Source: an uncultured Verrucomicrobiae bacterium
Lineage (GTDB): Bacteria > Verrucomicrobiota > Verrucomicrobiia > Chthoniobacterales > UBA10450
DNA: 64,000 nt
Assembly (NCBI GenBank): GCA_963735805.1
Contig: CAVTMK010000002.1
Coordinates: 1 to 64,000, forward strand
Reading direction: 5' to 3'
Shown piece after piece: positions 1 to 8,421 of the stretch (position 1 is the stretch's first letter; each line of letters opens with the position of its first letter). Both the position numbers and the translations under genes were made by a program. The notes under the pieces were generated by a model that ran no database searches, had not been told where the DNA came from, and was given only the letters and a program-made list of their open reading frames with translations.

Positions 1-43
1 TCTGGTGGAGAAATCCTTAGGGGTTCGAGTCCCCTCCCTGGCA
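1..43 (+). tRNA. 3' part of a long-variable-arm tRNA, probably tRNA-Leu (truncated by window edge)
   Basis: Variable arm GGAGAAATCC, T-arm AGGGG-TTCGAGT-CCCCT, acceptor 3' strand CCCTGGC plus discriminator A. Anticodon is outside the window; no encoded CCA. Confidence 0.85.
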
Positions 44-75
44 TCGTCAAACGCCAATCAAACGCTCGACCGATG

Positions 76-765
76 TTACAAGATCTGCCATTTCGGACGC
101 CGCCTCCGTGAGTCCGTCTCCCATAAACGGACTCCACCAAGAAAAGCATTCTCATTTCTTCCGCGCTCAATCCGGCTCGGTAATTGACTGAAATGGTGCA
201 CAAGGCCTCCCCCGAGGACGACGTAATCAGCGACAAACGATTTCCTTAGCTGAGTGACTGCGTAGGTCACTTCCCGCTTCCATTTTTTCTCGCCGAGCAG
301 AGCGAGACCCGGGATGCCGAGATAATTTTCAATAATATGATCGCGCCGATACGGCAAGTCGCCGAGTTCAAGAGGCATCAAAGTTTTGTTCCACACGAAT
401 GCGGATCCCAGTCCGGTACCGAGTCCCAGAAAGAGCATACGTCCGCCGTGGTAACTACCCAGCGCCTGCAGCGCAGCATCGTTGACAACGCGCACCGGAA
501 TGCCCAGCGCTCTGGTAAAGTTGAACCCAACCCATCCCCTGCCTAAATGCTTCGGATCTTTTGCGATCCGTCCTCTCCGCACCGGTGCAGGGAAGCCGAT
601 AGACGCCCTGTCAAACTTCCATCCGTGCACGGTTTCCCTAAGCCTTGCGACTAGTTGTTGCGGTTTGAGTCGCGGACCGGAAGGAAATTCACGTTCATCG
701 TGAGAGGATCTCAGTAGTTTTACGTATGTGCCGCCGACATCGACAACCAGAACTTTTTTTTTCAT
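76..765 (-). CDS. ROK-family sugar kinase (polyphosphate glucokinase-like)
   Basis: DVGGT, VVNDA, LGLGTGLGSA and ELG motifs; no Zn-binding Cys cluster, as in PPGK-type enzymes. Confidence 0.8.
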   Translation of the reverse strand: MKKKVLVVDVGGTYVKLLRSSHDEREFPSGPRLKPQQLVARLRETVHGWKFDRASIGFPAPVRRGRIAKDPKHLGRGWVGFNFTRALGIPVRVVNDAALQALGSYHGGRMLFLGLGTGLGSAFVWNKTLMPLELGDLPYRRDHIIENYLGIPGLALLGEKKWKREVTYAVTQLRKSFVADYVVLGGGLVHHFSQLPSRIERGRNENAFLGGVRLWETDSRRRRPKWQIL

Positions 766-789
766 GGCCCCCGACGCGTTCGGGAGATC

Positions 790-1824
790 CTAGCGGTCAC
801 GTCGTGCCATTCGCCCAAAACGCTGGAAAATGCTCTGCTGTTCCGGTTTTGCCGCCGTGCTTGCTGGCCAGCATTCCACTATTTCAAGGGCGACAAAACG
901 GAAAAGCATCTGCCGCGCAGATTTCAAATCCAGTCGTAGATTCTTCGCAATTTGCTGTAGCGAACGGGTGCCGTTGAATTGCGATGCGAACTGCGCCTCG
1001 TCCGGAGTCAGTTTCAGCTTTTGGACACGCTCGAAGCCGTCTTTCGTATAAGCCGGAATCGATGCCGGTTCGAAATGCGCAGTCTCATCGATATTCTCAA
1101 CAAGACGCAAGGTTTCGAGGGCCCAGTCACGGACATTCGGCTCCCCGGGCAGATCAGCGGCGTTTGTTAACAAGTCGGCGTTCTTTTCAAACATGATCCA
1201 CACCCGCGGTGCCGTCCAAAGCTGCGAGAACAGCTTTTGGCCAAATTGCTGCATCAGCTCGAGTGCTGACTCGCGAGCTATCAATTCCTGGCGAGCCAGA
1301 GCGAGAAAGAATGGAATCCCAGTCTCTCGCTGTTCGTCCCTCGCATTGGCCGCACTCCCCTCATCAACGTTAGCGAGCATGGCGGGTGTCTCCGGACAAT
1401 AAAACTCCGGGTCCCTCGTAGTAACAAAGATAATCTCGCCATCACGGGCAAAAAGATCGATTGGCTCCTGCTCCCAGGATGATCGCAGCAAGCCGGTGAG
1501 TTTTTCCTTTGAGATCGCTTGCAGGGCACGATTTAGTGGGAAGAAGGTCGTGTGACCGCAGAAATAAACATCGTCTGTTCGAGGCTCCTTTGAAGGAACG
1601 CTATCTTCGGCCGGATCGCTCGTGGCAGGCTCGCCCCAGTCGGCAGGCTGCTGGGATGCACTCCACCAATCGTCGGACTGAACGCCTTCCGGGTTCGGAG
1701 CCGCCTCTTGCGACGGTTCATCTGCCTGCGGAACATCTGGGTCGTCCGTTTGCTCTAGCTCTTCGCTATTCGAAGATTCGATTTCAGCTTCTATTGGCTT
1801 GGGTTCGCCGGATGATTTCCGCAT
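790..1824 (-). CDS. Hypothetical protein, acidic disordered N-terminus plus DUF4388-like domain
   Basis: Long ORF; 'ALQAISKEKLTGLL...LFARDGEIIFV' resembles DUF4388/PatA_N. Start uncertain (1824 or 1854). Confidence 0.6.
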   Translation of the reverse strand: MRKSSGEPKPIEAEIESSNSEELEQTDDPDVPQADEPSQEAAPNPEGVQSDDWWSASQQPADWGEPATSDPAEDSVPSKEPRTDDVYFCGHTTFFPLNRALQAISKEKLTGLLRSSWEQEPIDLFARDGEIIFVTTRDPEFYCPETPAMLANVDEGSAANARDEQRETGIPFFLALARQELIARESALELMQQFGQKLFSQLWTAPRVWIMFEKNADLLTNAADLPGEPNVRDWALETLRLVENIDETAHFEPASIPAYTKDGFERVQKLKLTPDEAQFASQFNGTRSLQQIAKNLRLDLKSARQMLFRFVALEIVECWPASTAAKPEQQSIFQRFGRMARRDR

Positions 1825-1878
1825 AATACTCCTCTCCTTGTAAGCAAACCGCATATACAGGCTTTATCAAGAATCCAA

Positions 1879-3300
1879 TCATGGCAATGACGATCTGTCG
1901 CAATTTGTAGAGAACCGTCGCGAAAGCTCGCGCCGGCTGACTTTTCCTCGCTCGTTCGCCGGGATTGTGTCCACGATGAAAATCCTCTTCGGCACCTGCC
2001 AGGTGCTCAGAGCGTCTCGACAAAACTGCAGCAGACCAGTTTCGCTTACGTTTGGCGCCGCTACCACGCAAGCTACTACTTCTTGATTACGCAAGGACGA
2101 TTCGCGGCCAAACACGACTGCTTGCCGCACGCCAGTGAAACGCAGCAAGTGCGCTTCCACTTCTGCAGGGTTCACTTTTTTACCGGCGACGTTAATGACA
2201 TCCGAAACCCTTCCGACGATTTTGAAGCCGGACTTATAGCGCGCCAACAGATCGTCGGGGACAAAAATTCCACCGCCCAACTTTTCTTCATCCGGATCTG
2301 GGAAATAGCCGTCGCCCACAGCAGCGCTGTGCACGCGAATCCGGGTCGCCGATGCTTTGGAATCGACCATTTCTAGCCTGACGCTATTCATCGCTTCGCC
2401 AACGAATCCTTCGTTCCGGTTCGCTGCTTCGCGGTCATAGCAGATCCCCCCACATTCAGATGCACCATAAAACGAGTGAATTGGCAGATTAAACTTTTGC
2501 CGGAATCTCTTTGCGATCGCGATCGAGAGAGGCGCGCCCGCAGAAATGCAAAGGCGGAGTTTCGATAATTTTGGAACGGGTTCCATTTCACAAAATGCCT
2601 GATAGAAAACGGGCATTCCCGGGAAAACCGTTGCGTTGCTGCGGACAAGATCGACGAGGATGGCGCGTGGTGTTCTGTCGCGACTGAGAACCATTGCTAC
2701 ACCTCGCGCAATCAACGGAGTGAGAAGATTGCTGAAACCGTAGGAGTGCGAGATAGGGATAACGGCAAAATTCAGATCGGCGTCAGTGAATCCCATCGTC
2801 TCGCAAATCTGATTGCAGTCGGCCAAAAGCTGCTTGCTGCGAAAGCGGACGGCTCGTGGTGTGGCTGTAGTGCCTGAGGTAAGCTTCAGGAGAGCTGGCC
2901 GATCATACCCCCAGTCTGGTGTGGTGTGGGCTGTCTTCCGCGGCAAAACCCTTGAGAAGTCTTCGCTCGGGCCAATGGACATTACACCCTTTGCACGGCA
3001 AGTCTCTAAGGCGGCATCGCGCTGTTGTGTGCTGATCGACTGTTCAAGCGGGAGAACGACCAGTTGTCTGCGCAAACAAGCGAGTAAAATCGACGGCCAA
3101 TCTGCGTGGTTGCCGACTTGGACGGCTAGAACGTCGCCCTCGGAAAAAAACTCGACGCTCGGCAGCAAGTCGCGCGTGCGCTGTTCGACATCGCCAAACG
3201 TGCGGACCACTTCGCCGCTGGCGGCAAAAATAGCCGGCGCATCCCGCTTTTGTGCAAGTGTTCTCTCCCACGCTTTCAATAATGGATCTGAGGATTTCAT
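1879..3300 (-). CDS. Class I adenylate-forming enzyme (acyl-CoA synthetase family)
   Basis: TSGTTATPR, YGASE, GRxxDVINVAGKKV and VPK motifs. Start set at MKSSD (3300) to avoid overlap with rpmE. Confidence 0.85.
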   Translation of the reverse strand: MKSSDPLLKAWERTLAQKRDAPAIFAASGEVVRTFGDVEQRTRDLLPSVEFFSEGDVLAVQVGNHADWPSILLACLRRQLVVLPLEQSISTQQRDAALETCRAKGVMSIGPSEDFSRVLPRKTAHTTPDWGYDRPALLKLTSGTTATPRAVRFRSKQLLADCNQICETMGFTDADLNFAVIPISHSYGFSNLLTPLIARGVAMVLSRDRTPRAILVDLVRSNATVFPGMPVFYQAFCEMEPVPKLSKLRLCISAGAPLSIAIAKRFRQKFNLPIHSFYGASECGGICYDREAANRNEGFVGEAMNSVRLEMVDSKASATRIRVHSAAVGDGYFPDPDEEKLGGGIFVPDDLLARYKSGFKIVGRVSDVINVAGKKVNPAEVEAHLLRFTGVRQAVVFGRESSLRNQEVVACVVAAPNVSETGLLQFCRDALSTWQVPKRIFIVDTIPANERGKVSRRELSRRFSTNCDRSSLP

Positions 3301-3350
3301 TGCTTGCGCGAAGCACGTCGCACGAGTAGATTCTGCGTCCCTTTCCGAAG

Positions 3351-3578
3351 ATGAAAACCGGTATTCATCCAGAGTATTACGACACCGACATGGTATGCGC
3401 ATGTGGCGCGGTGTATCACACCCGCTCCACGCGCCGCGATATTAAGATCGGTATTTGCGCCGCTTGTCATCCCTTTTTCACCGGCGAACAAAAGTTTGTG
3501 GATACGGCAGGACGCGTCGAGAAATTTGCCCGCCGCTACGGCAGCACCAAAGCTGCTCGCGCCGGCAAGAAAGCTTAG
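3351..3578 (+). CDS. rpmE: 50S ribosomal protein L31 (Zn-binding type)
   Basis: MKTGIHPEY, CxC...Cxx[16 protein letters not shown]. Confidence 0.97.
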   Translation: MKTGIHPEYYDTDMVCACGAVYHTRSTRRDIKIGICAACHPFFTGEQKFVDTAGRVEKFARRYGSTKAARAGKKA

Positions 3579-3588
3579 CTATCTGTCT

Positions 3589-3638
3589 GTAGCTGGGGTT
3601 GTTGCCCCGGCCCATCCGCGGTCAGCGACCGCGGCTAC
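3589..3638. repeat. GTAG-type REP-like palindrome
   Basis: GTAGC...GCTAC ends enclosing GGGG/CCCC and CCGCGGTC-agc-GACCGCGG hairpins. Confidence 0.6.
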
Positions 3639-3644
3639 CATACC

Positions 3645-4730
3645 ATGGACTTCAAATCCCTTATTCAATTCAAATGCGAACGCTTCGAACAACTCGAGCG
3701 CGATATTGCCGACCCTGCGCTTTTTTCCAATCGCCAGCGAGCTCAAGCGATCATGCGCGAGCACGGGAGCACGAAACAATTGTTGGCGAAGTGGGAGGAA
3801 CTCGAAGCTGCGCGCAAACAATTGGACGACAATCGCGAGCTGGCGATGTCAGGCGATGTTGAAATCGCGGCGATCGCCGACGACGAGATCCCCGAGCTTG
3901 AAAAGCGTCTGGCCGATCTCGAACGCGAAGTTCAGATTGCGTTGCTGCCGCCAGATGAAAATGAAGACCGGGACGCCATCGTGGAAATCCGGGCGGGGAC
4001 GGGCGGAAACGAGGCAGCCATTTTTGCCGCCGATCTTTACCGGATGTATCATCGCTATGCGGAATCGGCGGGCCTGAAAACCGAGGACCTCGAATCGAGC
4101 CCGTCGGAGCTGGGTGGATTTAAAGAGGCGATTTTTCGCGTTTCGGGCGAGTCTGTTTTTCGCAAGCTCCGTTACGAAAGCGGAGTTCATCGTGTGCAGC
4201 GCGTGCCTGCGACAGAGGCGCAAGGTCGCATTCACACGTCGACTGCTACAGTCGCGGTTTTACCCGAGGCGGAAGACGTCGATCTCGAATTGAAACCCGA
4301 CGATTTACGAATTGAAGTCTCACGCTCTGGTGGCCCCGGCGGGCAAGGCGTGAACACGACCGACTCGGCCGTGCAGGTGTTGCACATTCCGACAGGCACA
4401 ATCGTGCGTTGTCAGGACGGTCGGAGCCAGATCAAGAACAAAGAGCGTGCATTATCGATCTTGCGGGCACGCCTTTTGGAGCGAAAGCAGCGCGAGGAAG
4501 CCGAAAAGTACAGCGCACAGCGCCGCGGACAGATCGGAACCGGTGGACGTGAAGAAAAAATTCGCACGTACAATTTTCCGCAGAACCGCGTGACCGATCA
4601 TCGCATCGGCCTGACGCTGCATAATCTAGATCGCGTGATCGAGGGCGATCTCGCCGGACTGATCAACGCGTTGCAAGCCGCCGACGTGGCTGAGCGGTTG
4701 AAAGAATCGGCGGTAACGGCTAGCGCATGA
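3645..4730 (+). CDS. prfA: Peptide chain release factor 1
   Basis: GGQ motif, PAT tripeptide, VHRVQRVP, IRTYNFPQNRVTDHRI. Confidence 0.97.
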   Translation: MDFKSLIQFKCERFEQLERDIADPALFSNRQRAQAIMREHGSTKQLLAKWEELEAARKQLDDNRELAMSGDVEIAAIADDEIPELEKRLADLEREVQIALLPPDENEDRDAIVEIRAGTGGNEAAIFAADLYRMYHRYAESAGLKTEDLESSPSELGGFKEAIFRVSGESVFRKLRYESGVHRVQRVPATEAQGRIHTSTATVAVLPEAEDVDLELKPDDLRIEVSRSGGPGGQGVNTTDSAVQVLHIPTGTIVRCQDGRSQIKNKERALSILRARLLERKQREEAEKYSAQRRGQIGTGGREEKIRTYNFPQNRVTDHRIGLTLHNLDRVIEGDLAGLINALQAADVAERLKESAVTASA

Positions 4731-4866
4731 TCCCGCCGCTGGCGAGTTCCGTTGCGTACGGCAAGAAAGAGACAAGACCACCCCGTAAACTGGCTCCAAA
4801 AGAATTCGCAGGCTCCACTTCGATTGAAAAGGAGCAATCAATGCCTTTTTCGGTTAATTACGCCGC

Positions 4867-5703
4867 ATGACCGTGCTCGAAGTGTTGCAAGCAACGGCCG
4901 CCTATTTCAAAAGACATAATGTCGAGAATGCGCGACTGAATTCAGAACAGTTGTTGGCCCATGTCCTGGGGCGCAAGCGGATCGACCTTTATCTGGAGTT
5001 CCAACGGCAACTGACTGAAGCAGAACTCGATCCGTTGCGCGATTTGGTGAAGCGTCGCAGCGAAGGCCAGCCACTCCAGCACTTGTTAGGTACCGTAGAA
5101 TTTTGCGGTCACGTTTTTCTTTGCGATAAACGCGCGATGGTTCCCCGACCAGAAACGGAGCAATTTGTGGAGCTCGTTGAATCGAGAATCCAGAATCCAG
5201 AATCGAGAATTGTGGATGTCGGCACTGGCAGCGGTGTGATTGCGCTCAGTCTTGCTGCGAAATTTCCCCAGGCAAAGATCATCGCCAATGATATTTCCGA
5301 TGTCGCGCTCGCGCTGGCACAAGAAAATGCCGTCAGGCTAAACCTGAACACCAAGGTGCAGTTCCTGAAAAGTCGTCTGCTGGAAAATGTCGAGGGAGAG
5401 TTCGACCTTATTGTCGCGAATCTTCCTTACATCTCCACACAGGATCGCCACACTCTTTCGCGTGAAGTATTGTGTGATCCGGAGACAGCACTTTTCGCCG
5501 GAGACCGAGGCGACGAACTGGTCCGCGAGCTGATTGATCAAGCCCCAAGCCGCCTTCGGTCTGGTGGAATGCTGGCCTTGGAGATAGGGCTTGGCCAGAG
5601 TGAGACGCTTCTTTCGGCTCTGGCGGAAAAAAATTACCGCGACATTTATTCGAACAACGATTATAACGGCGTGTCACGGTTCCTTTTTGCAAGGTATGGA
5701 TAA
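4867..5703 (+). CDS. prmC: Release factor glutamine methyltransferase
   Basis: VPRPETE, DVGTGSG, NLPY; downstream of prfA. Confidence 0.95.
   Translation: MTVLEVLQATAAYFKRHNVENARLNSEQLLAHVLGRKRIDLYLEFQRQLTEAELDPLRDLVKRRSEGQPLQHLLGTVEFCGHVFLCDKRAMVPRPETEQFVELVESRIQNPESRIVDVGTGSGVIALSLAAKFPQAKIIANDISDVALALAQENAVRLNLNTKVQFLKSRLLENVEGEFDLIVANLPYISTQDRHTLSREVLCDPETALFAGDRGDELVRELIDQAPSRLRSGGMLALEIGLGQSETLLSALAEKNYRDIYSNNDYNGVSRFLFARYG
5179..5210 (+). repeat. Tandem heptamer GAATC(C/G)A, about 4.5 copies, inside prmC
   Basis: gaatcga gaatcca gaatcca gaatcga gaat, read as ESRIQNPESRI. Confidence 0.8.
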
Positions 5704-6958
5704 GATCCTCGTCCACGGCGGTTATCCACTTTCAGGGTCTATCAAGATCAGCGGCTCGAAGAATTCTTCGCTACCGATCTTGGCTGCGACCTTGCTGACT
5801 CGAGAGCCTTGTATCGTTCATGGTGTGCCCGATCTCAGCGACACGCATTACATGCTGCAAATCTTAGCTCACTTGGGCGCTCAGGTAGAACGCGCAAGCG
5901 GGACCGTAAGTGTCACCGCAGAAAAGATCCACTCGGTCGCGCCTTACGACGTCGTGCGCAAAATGCGCGCTTCCGTGTGCGTGCTTGGACCGTCGCTGGG
6001 CCGTTGCAAGGAGGCGACGGTTGCTTTGCCAGGCGGTTGCGTCATTGGCGATCGGCCAATTGATTTGCATCTCAGGGGTTTTGAAGCGCTCGGTGCAGCG
6101 GTGCGCGTGGAGGGTGGCGACATCAAGGTTTTTGCGCCGAAACTGAGCGGCGCGATTATCAACATGCAGAGCAAATTCGGTCCGACCGTCCTCGGTACCG
6201 ATAACGTGATGATGGCCGCCGTTCTGGCCGACGGTGTGACAGTTATTGAAGGCGCGGCACAGGAGCCGGAGGTTGTGGACTTGGCAAACTTCCTGAATAA
6301 AATGGGTGCCAAGATCGAGGGCGCGGGAACGCGCCGGATCATTATCGAAGGCATCCCGGAATTGCACGGCGCAGAACACCGGGTGATCCCGGACCGGATT
6401 GAGGCCGGTACATTTCTGGTCGCAGGTGCAATTGCCGGAAAGGGCGTCACCGTCAAGCGAGTGGAGCCGGAACATCTCCGAACAGTTACGGATGCGCTGG
6501 CGAGTTGTGGCTTTCGCATTAACAGCGGCGACCATGAGATTTCAATCCTACCCAACGGCGACGCGAGAGCGCTGGAGCTAACAACGGCACCGTATCCCGG
6601 CTTTCCCACGGACATGCAGGCGCAGATGTGCGCGCTGCTCTCGATTACCAGGGGTACCAGTTCCGTGACCGAAAGTGTTTTTCCCCAGCGCTATATGCAT
6701 GTGGCGGAGCTGAAACGCATGGGCGCGCAGGTGCAATTGGAAGGCGCAACGGCGGTGATTGACGGTGTGGATTGTCTCCTTGGGGCACCGGTGATGGCGA
6801 GCGATCTGCGCGCGTCGGCCGCGCTGGTGCTTGCGGGCTTGAGAGCCGACGGTATTACCGAAGTTAGCCGCGTTTATCACATCGACCGCGGGTACGAACA
6901 TCTCGATGAAAAGTTGAGCGAGCTCGGCGCACACATCGAGCGTGCGAAAGCAGCCTAG
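5696..6958 (+). CDS. murA: UDP-N-acetylglucosamine 1-carboxyvinyltransferase
   Basis: [24 protein letters not shown] (active-site Cys retained), [14 protein letters not shown]. Confidence 0.97.
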   Translation: MDKILVHGGYPLSGSIKISGSKNSSLPILAATLLTREPCIVHGVPDLSDTHYMLQILAHLGAQVERASGTVSVTAEKIHSVAPYDVVRKMRASVCVLGPSLGRCKEATVALPGGCVIGDRPIDLHLRGFEALGAAVRVEGGDIKVFAPKLSGAIINMQSKFGPTVLGTDNVMMAAVLADGVTVIEGAAQEPEVVDLANFLNKMGAKIEGAGTRRIIIEGIPELHGAEHRVIPDRIEAGTFLVAGAIAGKGVTVKRVEPEHLRTVTDALASCGFRINSGDHEISILPNGDARALELTTAPYPGFPTDMQAQMCALLSITRGTSSVTESVFPQRYMHVAELKRMGAQVQLEGATAVIDGVDCLLGAPVMASDLRASAALVLAGLRADGITEVSRVYHIDRGYEHLDEKLSELGAHIERAKAA

Positions 6959-7028
6959 CCCAATCTTTTTCCTTGCTCTTGTGGTGACCAACGGGCAGTC
7001 GTTGTGATACGCAAACGAAAGGATAAAT

Positions 7029-7400
7029 ATGGATCAAACACCTCCGCCGCCTCCATCAACTTCATCAGATGTCCGAACGTGGTGTGTTCTGTGTCATGCC
7101 AGCGCATTACTCGGATTGTTCTTTCATTTTCTGGGCCATATCCTGGGACCGCTTATCGTTTGGCTCATGAAACGTGGCGACTCGCCTGAAATCGATGCCT
7201 ACGGAAAGGAATCGCTCAATTTCCAAATCTCGATGCTGATCTATGACGCGGTCGCCGCGATTCTTTGCATCGTGCTCATAGGCGTTCCAATTTTGATCGC
7301 GCTTTGGGTGTTGAACACGGTACTTGTCATCATCGCGTCGGTGAAAGCCGGCCAGGGCGAATTCTACCGTTATCCCTTTACGATTCGGTTCATCAATTAA
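7029..7400 (+). CDS. DUF4870-family membrane protein
   Basis: Three hydrophobic segments, GPLIVWL, ESLNFQIS, YRYPFTIRF. Confidence 0.85.
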   Translation: MDQTPPPPPSTSSDVRTWCVLCHASALLGLFFHFLGHILGPLIVWLMKRGDSPEIDAYGKESLNFQISMLIYDAVAAILCIVLIGVPILIALWVLNTVLVIIASVKAGQGEFYRYPFTIRFIN

Positions 7401-7420
7401 ACGGCAAGGGCACGGTGAGG

Positions 7421-7451
7421 TTAAATCGCTGCGGTGTAATCGGCGATTTAA
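7421..7451. terminator. Hairpin between convergent genes, possible terminator
   Basis: TTAAATCGC...GCGATTTAA 9-bp inverted repeat; no clear U-tract. Confidence 0.35.
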
Positions 7452-7476
7452 GGATTCACCGATTTGCGTGGCGAAG

Positions 7477-8421
7477 TTATTCGTCGCCAGTTCTAGCGAG
7501 CATTCGCAACGTCTTTAAATTGGCCACATCTTCTCGTAAGTCCTTGCCCTTCGGGGTTTCGAGCACTTTCGGGATCTTGCGGAAGCGGCGGTCGCGCATG
7601 ATGAAGCGGAAAGCGGGAAGCCCGATTTTGCCCTTGCCGATGTGTTCATGTCGGTCTACGCGCGAACCGCAGGCGGTTTTGGAATCGTTTAGATGAATTG
7701 CCACAAGATGCTGTAGGCCAATTATGCGATCGAATTCACGGAATGTCCTCCGAGTCGAGACTTCGCTTCCGATATCATAACCCGCAGCAAAAATATGTGC
7801 GGTATCAAGGCAGACACATAATCGCTTCGGTTCGCGCACGCGGCTGATAATGTGCGCAAGGTGCTCGAATTTACTGCCCAGGCATGACCCCTGGCCAGCG
7901 GTTGTTTCCAACGCGATCCGCGTCTTAATTCTGGGAAGAGCAGAAAGCACCCGATCAATCGATTCTGCGACTTTTTTGAGTCCCGCCTCCTCGCCGGCCC
8001 CGAGGTGTGCACCGGGATGCAACACCAAAAATGGCAACTCCAGCTGATCGGCCCGAACTAATTCTTCCGATAGCGAGCGAATTGAATTTGCGTGAAATTG
8101 CCCATTAGTGGCGGCGAGATTGATGAGATAGTTCGCGTGCGCGAAGATCGATAATAATTTTTTGGGTTGGTGCCGGTCCCGAAAGGAGCGGATTTCGTCC
8201 CGAGCAAGGGGACGCGCGAACCATTGCATGTTATTCTTCACGAACATTTGCATAGCCGTGCAGTTGATCGAACGTGCGCGCTCAATCGCCAGGTTCACTC
8301 CACCGGCAATCGACATGTGCGCTCCAAGGAGAATTGGATGAATCGACGTCTGGGCGAATCCGCGGACCGGTGAAGACGCCATATCGGCGTCTCGGCGTTT
8401 CTTCGTTTTGTTCCGGTTCAC
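7477..8421 (-). CDS. nfo: Endonuclease IV
   Basis: GAHMSIAGG, HANYLINL, HPG, LETTAGQG, DTAH, HLNDSK, DRHEHIG. Start uncertain. Confidence 0.95.
   Translation of the reverse strand: MNRNKTKKRRDADMASSPVRGFAQTSIHPILLGAHMSIAGGVNLAIERARSINCTAMQMFVKNNMQWFARPLARDEIRSFRDRHQPKKLLSIFAHANYLINLAATNGQFHANSIRSLSEELVRADQLELPFLVLHPGAHLGAGEEAGLKKVAESIDRVLSALPRIKTRIALETTAGQGSCLGSKFEHLAHIISRVREPKRLCVCLDTAHIFAAGYDIGSEVSTRRTFREFDRIIGLQHLVAIHLNDSKTACGSRVDRHEHIGKGKIGLPAFRFIMRDRRFRKIPKVLETPKGKDLREDVANLKTLRMLARTGDE

Noticed and set aside
5..187. 60-aa ORF at the window start
   Set aside because: Overlaps the tRNA and the 3' end of the ROK gene on the opposite strand.
1..800. tRNA as an integration site
   Set aside because: No integrase and no duplicated tRNA 3' end seen in the window.
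5722..5730. TTATCCACT near-DnaA box in murA
   Set aside because: Single mismatched copy inside coding sequence, far from the box cluster.
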